A stretch of 51,059 nucleotides of DNA, taken from the IMG/VR virus record IMGVR_UViG_3300028578_000001. One strand, 5' to 3'. Position 1 is the first letter of the stretch; each line of letters begins with the position of its first letter. A model generated the notes under the pieces. That model was given only the letters and a program-made list of their open reading frames with translations, ran no database searches and had not been told where the DNA came from. The position numbers and the translations under genes are program-made. The DNA is from a virus. This document shows, in pieces, positions 16,948 through 25,304 of the stretch.

Positions 16948-17360
16948 CCACCATCGCCACCGACGGCAAGACCATGGCCGGGGATGGACGCGAGGTTGAA
17001 CAAGGCACAATTATCGGCTCCTTTTGCCGCAAGGTTCAACGGCTTGCCGATGGTCGGCTTGTCGGGGTGGCGGGCGACAGCATCGATGAACAGATGTTCC
17101 GGCGTTGGTTGGAGGATGGTGCCGAGAGTAAGCCGCGTCTGAAAGAATTGGTTGCTTTGGTGCTTTATCCCAGCGGGCGGCTCGACTTCTATGATCACCG
17201 TCTTGTAGCTTCTCCCATCGAAGCGCCAGCTGCCATCGGAAGTGGCGCGGACCATGCCTTGACCGCGATGGATTGCGGAAAGTCGCCAGAGGAAGCTGTG
17301 GAATATGCGGCACGGCGTGATCCCAACACGGGCGGGAAGACCACCGTCCTCTCGCTGTGA
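16944..17360 (+). CDS. HslV/proteasome-beta-like Ntn peptidase (138 aa)
   Basis: MTTIATDGKTMAGDG..KVQRL..VGVAGD..AIGSGADHA aligns by eye with HslV TTIV..AGDGQ..KVRRL..AIGSGG; ATGA overlap with portal stop. Confidence 0.6.
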   Translation: MTTIATDGKTMAGDGREVEQGTIIGSFCRKVQRLADGRLVGVAGDSIDEQMFRRWLEDGAESKPRLKELVALVLYPSGRLDFYDHRLVASPIEAPAAIGSGADHALTAMDCGKSPEEAVEYAARRDPNTGGKTTVLSL

Positions 17361-18157
17361 AGTTCTCCCTAGCCGCTATGATCCGCCGTTTCCGCAACCC
17401 ACGGCGCCGGCAAATCCCGATCCGCGACATTCCCCCCCCAGCCGTCCTCGCTACCGACCTCTATCGGGCCTGCTACTTGCCAGTCATCCGGACATGGGAA
17501 TTAGGGGCGGGGCGGATCGTCGCCGAATACGAGCGCGCCTTGTCGGCGATGACGACCGACTCTCCCGCCGACGTTGAGCGTGAGCTCGGGGCGGTCGACG
17601 ACGCACTTCAGCGGCTGCTGATCGAGCTAACGCCCCGCCTTCGATCCTGGGCCCTGCGGATTGAGACATGGCATCGGGGCAAATGGCGTGGCGCTGTGCT
17701 ATCCGCTTCAGGCGTGGATCTTCAGACGCTGATCGGACCCGAGGACGTGGCCGATACCGTGGAAACCGTGATCGAGCGGAACGTCTCGTTAATCAAGGAC
17801 ATCTCCAGCCAAGCCAGAGGCAGGATCGGTGACAGCGTCTTTCGGGGGCTGACCGAACGGCGGGCGGCGCGCGACGTGGCGAGGGAGATCAGGGAAGCTG
17901 TCGAGATGGGGCGGGACCGGGCGCAGCGCATTGCGGCTGACCAATTGACTAAGATCACCTCAGCGCTCGACGGTGAGCGGATGCGACAGGCTGGGATCGA
18001 AAGATGGAAATGGGTCCACAGCGGCAAGCTTCATCCCCGACCCGAGCATGTTGCGCGTAACGGCAGGGAATATACTTTCGCCAACCCGCCGGCTGACATG
18101 CCGGGGCAACTGCCTTATTGCGGGTGCCGGAAGCTGGCGGTGGTGGAATTTGATTAG
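17357..18157 (+). CDS. Head morphogenesis protein (Mu F / SPP1 gp7 family)
   Basis: RNVSLIKDIS..RAQRIAADQLTK..KWVHSG..HPRPEHVARNGREY. Confidence 0.85.
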   Translation: MKFSLAAMIRRFRNPRRRQIPIRDIPPPAVLATDLYRACYLPVIRTWELGAGRIVAEYERALSAMTTDSPADVERELGAVDDALQRLLIELTPRLRSWALRIETWHRGKWRGAVLSASGVDLQTLIGPEDVADTVETVIERNVSLIKDISSQARGRIGDSVFRGLTERRAARDVAREIREAVEMGRDRAQRIAADQLTKITSALDGERMRQAGIERWKWVHSGKLHPRPEHVARNGREYTFANPPADMPGQLPYCGCRKLAVVEFD

Positions 18158-18196
18158 ACCATGTGCTATGATCCGAGCGCTACGGCGGGTCGAGTA

Positions 18197-18267
18197 AGAA
18201 AGGTAGATCAGCACGGTAGATCGCTGCCACGAGGCGGAGGCCGCCGGTTCAAATCCGGCTCTTTCCC
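18197..18267 (+). ncRNA. tRNA-like element (non-canonical anticodon/variable region)
   Basis: In a 137-nt gap: T arm GCCGG-TTCAAAT-CCGGC, D arm GATC-AGCACGGTA-GATC, 6/7 acceptor pairs; anticodon arm imperfect. Confidence 0.3.
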
Positions 18268-18362
18268 AATCGGCATCCGGACCGCCGTAGCACTTGAAGC
18301 GAGCCGGGCGGATGGTTGAGGTCCGCACCGGCTCTGACCACAACCGCGTAGGAGCGCGATCA

Positions 18363-18563
18363 ATGGCTGACTCTTTGAATACAGGCTTGGCGCGAGCCTT
18401 CCAAGGCGTTGTTCAAGCCGCTTTTGCGATGAGTGTTCGCGATGCGATGCTGAAATCGCTGATCGAGATGACCGTCGCAGAGATAGCAGCGATGACGCCG
18501 GAGCAACTCCGCGCCAAAGCCGATGAGTCACTGCTCCATTCGAAGATGATGGGCAATGCCTGA
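18363..18563 (+). CDS. Hypothetical protein
   Basis: ATG 18363 with AGGAG upstream inside ORF 18294..18563. Confidence 0.45.
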   Translation: MADSLNTGLARAFQGVVQAAFAMSVRDAMLKSLIEMTVAEIAAMTPEQLRAKADESLLHSKMMGNA

Positions 18564-18846
18564 GATGACCCCGCTGGAGCGCGCGGCGCGGGCGCTATTC
18601 GATCTTGACCAGAAGCAGGCCGGCTCCGTTCCCGCAAAATGGGGCGAACAGGTCGAAGCGTTCCGCGAGCATAAACAAAATCAGGTTCGCGCCGTTCTCA
18701 CCGCCATTCGGGAGCTGGACGAGACAGTGCTAAAAGCAATGCGCGACACGGTCCCTGTCGATGGCTACGAATGGGAATATCGGAATGAAGAAGCCGTTGC
18801 GCACTGGCAAGCCATGATCGACGCCATGCTGGCGGAGGAAGGGTGA
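18556..18846 (+). CDS. Hypothetical protein
   Basis: ORF track. Confidence 0.5.
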   Translation: MPEMTPLERAARALFDLDQKQAGSVPAKWGEQVEAFREHKQNQVRAVLTAIRELDETVLKAMRDTVPVDGYEWEYRNEEAVAHWQAMIDAMLAEEG

Positions 18847-18995
18847 TGGCCACCTTCGTTGTCGCGCTAGCCGCGTTCGCCTTGGTGGGGACAGGCATAG
18901 TGATTGAGCAGAAAGGCGCCCGTCGGGCTGCGTTGCCGGCGCTCATTTCCCTTCTCGGGCTGGCCTATGGCATCGTCGGACTTACCGCAACCTGA
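18846..18995 (+). CDS. Small membrane protein (49 aa), not in ORF track
   Basis: TGATG overlap; two hydrophobic segments; its stop is the TGA of motif copy 2. Confidence 0.45.
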   Translation: MATFVVALAAFALVGTGIVIEQKGARRAALPALISLLGLAYGIVGLTAT

Positions 18996-19029
18996 CGGCG
19001 GTAAGCACTCCCTCCCGCGCGCGGTAAAT
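18992..19029 (+). promoter_or_regulatory. CTGACGGCGGTAA motif copy 2 plus phased GTAA box
   Basis: GTAA at +31..34; ATG 19041 at +48, no SD. Confidence 0.6.
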
Positions 19030-19040
19030 CTCCGCGCGCC

Positions 19041-20183
19041 ATGCAGTTCATCGACCGCCTGACGATCGACCGCTCCCACCGGACGAAAGACGGCTATCTC
19101 CGCATTGTCGCCAAGGCTGCCCGTAGCGGAATCCAGCAATATCAAGGGTGCGAGGTCGATCCCGAGGGGAAGCACTTCGCCAAGGACCAAGCCGTCAACG
19201 TCTATCGGCCGCCCGAAGAGGTGTTCGACTCTCAGGCGGTAGCCAGCTTCGTTGGTCGCCCGATCACCGACGATCATCCAACCGTTGCCGTGAATGCCGG
19301 CAACTGGCGCGACTACAGCCGCGGCGTGGTCGGTGGGGCAGTCAAGGACGGGGAGTGGATTCGCTTCGACCTGGCGCTGATGGATGCCGAGCTCATCGGC
19401 AAGGTCGACGGCGGCAAGCGCGAGCTGTCGGCCGGCTACGGCTGCGAGCTGACGATCGAGGACGGCACGGCCCCTGACGGCACGGCATATCAGGCGGTAC
19501 AGCGCAGTATTCGGGGCAATCACGTCGCGGTTGTGGATAAGGCCCGCGCCGGCCCCGAGGCCAGCATTTCTGACGGCGGTAACAAGCTGTTCGAATGTTG
19601 CGATGCTGCGACTGTCATTCTGAACGCGGTCGACGCGGTTGAGGAGAAGCCCGTGACGAAGAAGATCATGATCGACGGCCTGCAGGTCGACCTGTCGGAC
19701 GCCAGTGCGGTCGAGACGGCGATCGGCAAGCTCCAAAGCCAGTTCGGCGATGCAACCAAGGCGAAGGAGACCGCCGAAACCCAGGTCGCCACCCTCACGA
19801 CAGACAAGGCGACACTGGAGGCCAAGGTCACCACGCTCGAAAAGCAGGTCGAGGACGCCAAGCTGACTCCGCAGGCGCTCCGTGACGCTGCCAAAGCCTA
19901 TCAGGCGGTGGTCGACAAGGCCAAGGCGCTGGGCGTCGAGATCACCGATGACATGGACGAGCCGGCCATCCAGAAGGCGGTGGTCGACAAACATGTCGGC
20001 GATGCGGCGAAGGACTGGACGCCGGAGCTGATTGCGGTGAGCTTCGCGACCATCGCCGTCGACACCAAGGACGGCAAGATCGTTCCGATCCACAGCCCCG
20101 CCAACGTCAATGATGCCGAGAAGGCCGTCGCCGACGCCTATGCCGAGATGGTTGCCGATCTGACCGGCACCAAGGCCGCCTGA
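19041..20183 (+). CDS. DUF2213 (XkdF-like) prohead protease/scaffold protein
   Basis: N-terminal globular domain followed by Ala/Lys/Glu-rich coiled-coil C-terminus; sits between portal block and capsid gene. Confidence 0.65.
   Translation: MQFIDRLTIDRSHRTKDGYLRIVAKAARSGIQQYQGCEVDPEGKHFAKDQAVNVYRPPEEVFDSQAVASFVGRPITDDHPTVAVNAGNWRDYSRGVVGGAVKDGEWIRFDLALMDAELIGKVDGGKRELSAGYGCELTIEDGTAPDGTAYQAVQRSIRGNHVAVVDKARAGPEASISDGGNKLFECCDAATVILNAVDAVEEKPVTKKIMIDGLQVDLSDASAVETAIGKLQSQFGDATKAKETAETQVATLTTDKATLEAKVTTLEKQVEDAKLTPQALRDAAKAYQAVVDKAKALGVEITDDMDEPAIQKAVVDKHVGDAAKDWTPELIAVSFATIAVDTKDGKIVPIHSPANVNDAEKAVADAYAEMVADLTGTKAA
19570..19607 (+). promoter_or_regulatory. CTGACGGCGGTAA motif copy 3 (inside the protease/scaffold gene)
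   Basis: Read in frame as S-D-G-G-N-K at the domain boundary; downstream GTA box not conserved. Confidence 0.4.
19653..20183 (+). CDS. Candidate nested in-frame scaffold ORF
   Basis: In-frame GTG 19653 with GAGGAG 6 nt upstream, 82 nt downstream of motif copy 3. Confidence 0.35.
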   Translation: MTKKIMIDGLQVDLSDASAVETAIGKLQSQFGDATKAKETAETQVATLTTDKATLEAKVTTLEKQVEDAKLTPQALRDAAKAYQAVVDKAKALGVEITDDMDEPAIQKAVVDKHVGDAAKDWTPELIAVSFATIAVDTKDGKIVPIHSPANVNDAEKAVADAYAEMVADLTGTKAA

Positions 20184-20196
20184 GGGAGAATTCGAA

Positions 20197-20673
20197 ATGG
20201 CAGTCGCACAGTCCAATTACGGCACCGCTCCCGCCATCGGCCTTCCCGGTCAGATCGCGAATGAGGAACTGGCCAATATCATCAGCCGCACGGTCGAGAC
20301 GTCCGGCGGCCTCAACTTCGGCCAGCCCGCCGCTCGCAGCGCGACCGCGGCGAGCGAGAACAGCTGCCGACTGATGGCGAGCGGCGCCGTCTTCCTCGGC
20401 ATCGCGGTCCTGAATCGCGCCGTCCTCGCCGACGCCGACGACCCCGACAACTACCCTCAGTACGGCCAGGCCGCGCTGATGACGCAGGGCACCATCATGG
20501 TCACCGCCGGCGCGGCCATCGTTCCGGGCGACGATGTCTATTGGGACAGCGCCACGGGCAAATACGGCACGTCCAGTGGCGGCACCAATGTCGCCATTCC
20601 GGAAGCTCGCTTCGAAACCAATGGGGGGGACGGCGATATCGTCACCGTGTCCCTCGGCCTTCGCCGCCTCTAG
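20197..20673 (+). CDS. Head decoration/cement-like protein
   Basis: 158-aa Gly/Ala-rich protein directly upstream of the capsid gene; GGGAG SD. Confidence 0.55.
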   Translation: MAVAQSNYGTAPAIGLPGQIANEELANIISRTVETSGGLNFGQPAARSATAASENSCRLMASGAVFLGIAVLNRAVLADADDPDNYPQYGQAALMTQGTIMVTAGAAIVPGDDVYWDSATGKYGTSSGGTNVAIPEARFETNGGDGDIVTVSLGLRRL

Positions 20674-20686
20674 GGAGACCCAGGCA

Positions 20687-21658
20687 ATGACGAAACTGTC
20701 CCCCATCATCAGCGACGAGCAGGCCGCGTTCGGTTTCGTCACCGCACAGGGGCGCAATATCGAGGCGCAGATCTACAAGCGCCGCTATCCGACGTTCAAC
20801 TATTCGGACCACGTTCCGGTCGTGACCGAAGGCGCCCCCTGGGCGATCGGCACGCAGTTCCGCGTTTCGGACACCACCGGCCGGGCTAGGATCATCAGCG
20901 GCAAGGCTCGCGACATCCCGTTCAGCAAGACGACCCGCTCGCAGCACAGCCACGACTTCGTCATGGTCGGCGCCGGCTGGGAATGGTCGCTCGAGGAAAC
21001 CGAACAGGGGATGCTCTACAACGTCAACGTCGTTAACGACGATGCGATGGGGGCGGGGGACAATGTCGAGCGGCTGCTCTACGATATCGCGATCACCGGC
21101 TCGGATGAGGTCAACTGGGACGGGCTGATCAACAGCTCGCTCGTTCCCTCGGCGAACGCTGGCGCGACGGGCTCCGGCTCGTCGCTGCTCTGGTCGGCAA
21201 AGACGGTGGACAACATTCTGGCCGACTTCAACACCGGCCTGGAGACGGTGCGGACTCAGTCCGGTGAGGTCGAATGGGCCGATACGGTCCGGCTTCCTCC
21301 GGAGGCGTTCCGCTTCATCGCGACCAAGCGGCTCGGCACCGACGGCTCGATGGGCACGCTGCTCGAATACGTCCAGAAGAACAACATCTACACCGCCGAG
21401 AACAAGCAGCCGCTCGACATTGCTCCCCTGCGCGACCTCTCCAGCGCGGCGGCCGGCGCGACTGGACGCGCGGTCTTTTACCGCAAAGACCCGCAGGTGC
21501 TGAAATTCCACCTGCCCATGCCGCGCAGGGTTCTGCCGGTCCATCGTGTCGGCTTGATGGCCTACGAGCAAGGCGTCATCGCCCGCACCGGCGGCACGGA
21601 AATCCGGTTGCCCAGCGCGATGTTCTATCTCGACGGAATCACTGCCGAGCCGAGCTGA
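20687..21658 (+). CDS. Major capsid protein (DUF2184-like)
   Basis: Position, size (323 aa), N-terminal ..FVTAQGRNIEAQIYKRRYP..; ATG 20687 in ORF 20534..21658. Confidence 0.75.
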   Translation: MTKLSPIISDEQAAFGFVTAQGRNIEAQIYKRRYPTFNYSDHVPVVTEGAPWAIGTQFRVSDTTGRARIISGKARDIPFSKTTRSQHSHDFVMVGAGWEWSLEETEQGMLYNVNVVNDDAMGAGDNVERLLYDIAITGSDEVNWDGLINSSLVPSANAGATGSGSSLLWSAKTVDNILADFNTGLETVRTQSGEVEWADTVRLPPEAFRFIATKRLGTDGSMGTLLEYVQKNNIYTAENKQPLDIAPLRDLSSAAAGATGRAVFYRKDPQVLKFHLPMPRRVLPVHRVGLMAYEQGVIARTGGTEIRLPSAMFYLDGITAEPS

Positions 21659-21662
21659 GCCG

Positions 21663-21929
21663 ATGCAGGTCAAGATCACGAATAACCGTAAGGCCCCGTT
21701 CGGCGTCGAGCGGGAAGACGGGCAATACAGATTCGTTCAGCCCGGCGAGACGCGGCCCTTCAAAGTTCGTACCGTGGCGCACCTGGAGCGTGAGCCGGAC
21801 ATTGACGTGGAGATCGTCAATGATCTTGCCCCACCGCCTGCCAGCCTGAAGGCCAAGGCGGCGAAGGTCGGAATGCCCGCCAAGACCCCACGCCGCCGCC
21901 GAGTCCGGAGGAAAGCGCCGGCCCGGTGA
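21663..21929 (+). CDS. Hypothetical protein with basic C-terminal tail
   Basis: ORF track; KTPRRRRVRRKAPAR end. Confidence 0.5.
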   Translation: MQVKITNNRKAPFGVEREDGQYRFVQPGETRPFKVRTVAHLEREPDIDVEIVNDLAPPPASLKAKAAKVGMPAKTPRRRRVRRKAPAR

Positions 21930-22243
21930 GGCGCGTCGAGACTGATCAGCAGTTCGACGAAACCGGAATCACCAATCTCGGGCCCGTTCCAAAGGGCATG
22001 TCGTTCCTGGAGGCCACCGTCGCAACCCGCGACCGACGCAAATATCAAGTCGACTATTACGTCAAGGGCACCCGCCTGACGATCTGCGACACGCTGCGCC
22101 ACATGCGCCGCATTGTCGACACGCTTCCGGATGGCGATGAGAAGGAAGCCTTGCGCGAATATATCGCCGCCTCCGTGGACTATGCAAAGCGGATGGACGC
22201 GCGGATGAAGGAGCTAAAGGGGCTGCTTCATGTCCAGCCCTGA
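21926..22243 (+). CDS. Hypothetical protein
   Basis: ORF track; 4-nt overlap with upstream gene. Confidence 0.5.
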   Translation: MRRVETDQQFDETGITNLGPVPKGMSFLEATVATRDRRKYQVDYYVKGTRLTICDTLRHMRRIVDTLPDGDEKEALREYIAASVDYAKRMDARMKELKGLLHVQP

Positions 22244-22919
22244 CTTCGCCGAGATCCGAAGCCGGTGCGACGGCATGATGAGGGCGGAGGTCTACGCGGC
22301 GATTTACGAAGCCGCCAAGGCTGCGCCCGGAGACATGTTCGCGGAGATCGGCACGGCGCACGGCGCCGCTACCGTCTGCCTGGCGCTCGCGGCTCGCGAA
22401 AGGGGCGGCGAGGTCTGGACGTTCGACACGTTCTCGTCTGGGGGCCGGAAGCAATATGCGGCCGACAATCTGGAGATAGCCTGCGCGAACATCGCTCATT
22501 ACGGGCTCTCAGACATGGTCCATATCCGCAAAGGTGACGCGGCAAGGACGGTCGCCGACCTTCCTGACCGCCTGATCGGGCTGCTCATGCTCGACGCGGA
22601 TGGGCGGATAGACCGGGACATGCGCCGGCTCTACGATCGCCTGGCTCCGGGGGCGACGATCATCATCGACGACTGCACCGACCGCGCCCGTGCCCGGGAA
22701 ATGGGCGATGGGGCGGTGCGCGTCGATCAGAAGCATCGCATAACCTGGCTGCTCACGAAAAGCCTGGAATCGGCCGGGCTCATCGTCCCGAAGCCCCCGG
22801 TCAACGAGACGTGGTTCGGGACGAAGGGGGAAGGCGCTATCTCGCACTGGACCAACAGCGCGGTCCTCGGGTGCTACAGGAAGCTCGTCTTCGCGACGGC
22901 TCACCTTCCGGAATGTTGA
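22230..22919 (+). CDS. Class I SAM-dependent methyltransferase-like protein
   Basis: MFAEIGTAHGAATVCLA (motif I-like) .. LLMLDADG. Confidence 0.55.
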   Translation: MSSPDFAEIRSRCDGMMRAEVYAAIYEAAKAAPGDMFAEIGTAHGAATVCLALAARERGGEVWTFDTFSSGGRKQYAADNLEIACANIAHYGLSDMVHIRKGDAARTVADLPDRLIGLLMLDADGRIDRDMRRLYDRLAPGATIIIDDCTDRARAREMGDGAVRVDQKHRITWLLTKSLESAGLIVPKPPVNETWFGTKGEGAISHWTNSAVLGCYRKLVFATAHLPEC

Positions 22920-23836
22920 CGATCCTGACCTGGTTATGGTCGCAGGCCGGCGGTCGGACCGCCTACACCGCCGCGCACGTCAACATCTGGGCCGACATGG
23001 TGCGGCGCAACCTGTCGATGCCGCACCGGCTCGCCTGTGTGACCGACATGCCGGCCGGGATTTCCAAGGGTATCGACATTATCGAGCCCCCCGGCGAATT
23101 TGAGGATGTACGCATCCCGACGTGGGGCGAGAATCGGGGGAGGGGCCTGCCGCAATGCTTTCGCCGCATCGCGCTGTTTCGGCCGGATGCTGGGCGCATC
23201 TTCGGCAAGCATTTCGTCAGCATGGACCTGGATTGCGTGATCGGCGCCGACCTCACACCTCTCTTTGATCATGATTACGACTTTCGGATGTACCGGGGCA
23301 CGACGTTGTCCCGGCCCTATAACGGGTCGATGCTGCAGATGAAGGCTGGAGCCAGGCCGCAAGTCTATTCCGATTTCACCGTTGAGGGGGCAACCGAAGC
23401 AGGAAAGAAATATCTCGGGTCCGATCAGGCGTGGATCAGCTATTCGCTAGGCCCGGGCGAGGCGACATGGGGGGCGGCGGATGGCGTCCTCGCCTACGGC
23501 TCTCGTCACAATGTCGAGGCCAGCATCCAGCGGATCATGTTCTTTCTGTCCCCGATCAAGCCCTGGGACATGCTTGCCGACCCGTGGATCGGTGCGCACT
23601 ACCGACGCGGCAACGGGCGCCGGGGGCTGATACTCGGGCGCGGAAAGAGCGTGTGGGACGAAGCGGAAGCCGCGCTTGAGCGGGACCGGTTTGATGGCGT
23701 GATCGCGCTCCGCGAGCCGGCTCAACATTGGCCTGGCGAGATCGAGGCCGTCGCCGAAAATGAGGGCCACGCCTTGAGGCTGGCGGCGATGCTCGGGTTC
23801 ACCGATTATACCTTTTGCGGGCGGGCGATCATCTGA
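22913..23836 (+). CDS. Glycosyltransferase-like protein (DxD)
   Basis: FVSMDLDCVI DxD-like motif; ATG 22913 overlaps the upstream stop. Confidence 0.45.
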   Translation: MLTILTWLWSQAGGRTAYTAAHVNIWADMVRRNLSMPHRLACVTDMPAGISKGIDIIEPPGEFEDVRIPTWGENRGRGLPQCFRRIALFRPDAGRIFGKHFVSMDLDCVIGADLTPLFDHDYDFRMYRGTTLSRPYNGSMLQMKAGARPQVYSDFTVEGATEAGKKYLGSDQAWISYSLGPGEATWGAADGVLAYGSRHNVEASIQRIMFFLSPIKPWDMLADPWIGAHYRRGNGRRGLILGRGKSVWDEAEAALERDRFDGVIALREPAQHWPGEIEAVAENEGHALRLAAMLGFTDYTFCGRAII

Positions 23837-23870
23837 CGGCGGTAAGCGGCCCAGCGCCCCCTTAGTAGAA
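23833..23870 (+). promoter_or_regulatory. CTGACGGCGGTAA motif copy 4 plus phased GTAG box
   Basis: TGA is the stop of 22913..23836; GTAG at +31..34; ATG 23878 at +44, no SD. Confidence 0.6.
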
Positions 23871-23877
23871 CGCCATC

Positions 23878-24288
23878 ATGGCCTACACCGCGCCGACGCC
23901 AGACCAGCTTCAGGCACGCTATCCGGCCTTCGCGACAGTTGCCGATGCGACCATTCAAGTCTGGCTCACCGACGCGGAGAGGTTCGTCGACGAAAGCTGG
24001 GCCGAAGCCGACTACGCCCCCGCTATAATGGCGTTGGCGGCCCACAACATGGCGTTGCTCGGCCTTGAAGTGACCACTGGCGCCGGATCGCTTCCGGCCG
24101 GCGTTACCCGCTTCAAGAGCGGCACGATGGACGTCACTCTCTCCGAAGCAGCCGCGTCCGCCGCAAGCAAGGGCGGCTATGCCTCAACGGTCTATGGTCG
24201 CGAGTTCCAGCTTCTGTTGCGCCGCAATTTCTCCGGGCCTTCGGTCGTCGCGGCCGGCGTGGTCCCGACATGCGAAGCGTATCGGTGA
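23878..24288 (+). CDS. Head-tail connector protein (DUF4054-like)
   Basis: PDQLQARYPAFATV..IQVWLTDAERFVDESW; position. Confidence 0.6.
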   Translation: MAYTAPTPDQLQARYPAFATVADATIQVWLTDAERFVDESWAEADYAPAIMALAAHNMALLGLEVTTGAGSLPAGVTRFKSGTMDVTLSEAAASAASKGGYASTVYGREFQLLLRRNFSGPSVVAAGVVPTCEAYR

Positions 24289-24683
24289 GCATCGCCGAAG
24301 CCTTTGCCGATATCGCGCTCGGCATGTCGGCGGCCATTGGCGGCGGCTTTCACGACGCGCTGGCGAAATGGCCCGGCACACCGATCACCGATGACGGCGG
24401 CTCGATCACGACGCCAGGAACCCCTATCACAAAGACGTGCAGCGCTCAGGTCGATGCCGTGACCGAAGCAATGCGACAGGCAGACAGTTACACCGACCAG
24501 GATATTCGGATCCTCGTACTGGCAGCCACGCTTGATGGCGAGCTCGACACGGATGCGACGATCGACATCCAAGACGGGCCGCACATCGGGGAGTGGATGA
24601 TCGCCAGTTGCGATCAGGACCCGTGCGGCGTCTACTGGGAATGTCGAGGCCGGCGGCTGAATGTGCCCGGGGTGGATAGCTGA
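24270..24683 (+). CDS. Head-tail joining protein (hypothetical)
   Basis: ORF track; position; start uncertain. Confidence 0.45.
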   Translation: MRSVSVSIAEAFADIALGMSAAIGGGFHDALAKWPGTPITDDGGSITTPGTPITKTCSAQVDAVTEAMRQADSYTDQDIRILVLAATLDGELDTDATIDIQDGPHIGEWMIASCDQDPCGVYWECRGRRLNVPGVDS

Positions 24684-25093
24684 TGGCCCGCGTCATCGGC
24701 GCCAAGGCCCATGCGGCACGGCTTCGGCGAATACGCGGACCGGGCATGGTCCGCAAGGTCGGCTCTGCCCTTTTCGCCGCCGGCCAAATGATCCAGGTCG
24801 AGGCGCAGACCAGCATCACGGCGGGAGCGGTGAGCGGGAAGAGTCACGTCCCGAGCCAGCCCGGCGAGCCCCCTAATCAGGACACAGGTGTGCTGGCGAA
24901 CAATATCGAGACCACGCTCGAGGCTCCTCTGCTCGTCCACGTTTCCAGCAACGCGCCTTACGCCGCTGAGCTCGAGTTCGGCACGTCCAAGATGGCGGAG
25001 AGGCCCTATATGCGCCCGGCAGTGGCGAAGAAGCGCAGGGAGGCTGTTCAGCTCGTTCGCCGCGCCGTCGATTCTGTTGTGAGAGGAGGCTGA
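24683..25093 (+). CDS. HK97 gp10-family tail-completion protein
   Basis: GEPPNQDTGVLANNIE..APYAAELEFGTSKMAERPYMRPA. Confidence 0.75.
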   Translation: MARVIGAKAHAARLRRIRGPGMVRKVGSALFAAGQMIQVEAQTSITAGAVSGKSHVPSQPGEPPNQDTGVLANNIETTLEAPLLVHVSSNAPYAAELEFGTSKMAERPYMRPAVAKKRREAVQLVRRAVDSVVRGG

Positions 25094-25097
25094 CCAC

Positions 25098-25304
25098 ATG
25101 GCCCGTCGCCCAACCCGTTCGCTTGCTGCCAAGGCCCGCGAAGCCGCCCGCCGCGAAGCGCTGCCAATCCGCTTCACCGCCGACTATGACCATGTGACGA
25201 TACCGGTAACGACTGCGTACAAGGCCGGCATGGTCCTGCAGGTGCCGCCGGATCATCGCAAAGCCGCGCTTACCAAGCGCAAGGCGGTGGTGGATGGCGA
25301 CTGA
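25098..25304 (+). CDS. Hypothetical protein
   Basis: ORF track. Confidence 0.45.
   Translation: MARRPTRSLAAKAREAARREALPIRFTADYDHVTIPVTTAYKAGMVLQVPPDHRKAALTKRKAVVDGD

Noticed and set aside
18197-18267. Calling the element a bona fide tRNA gene with a defined anticodon
   Set aside because: With the T and D arms fixed, only 2 nt remain for the variable region, the anticodon stem has a G:A mismatch and position 33 is C. Alternative registers break the D stem. It is kept only as tRNA-like.
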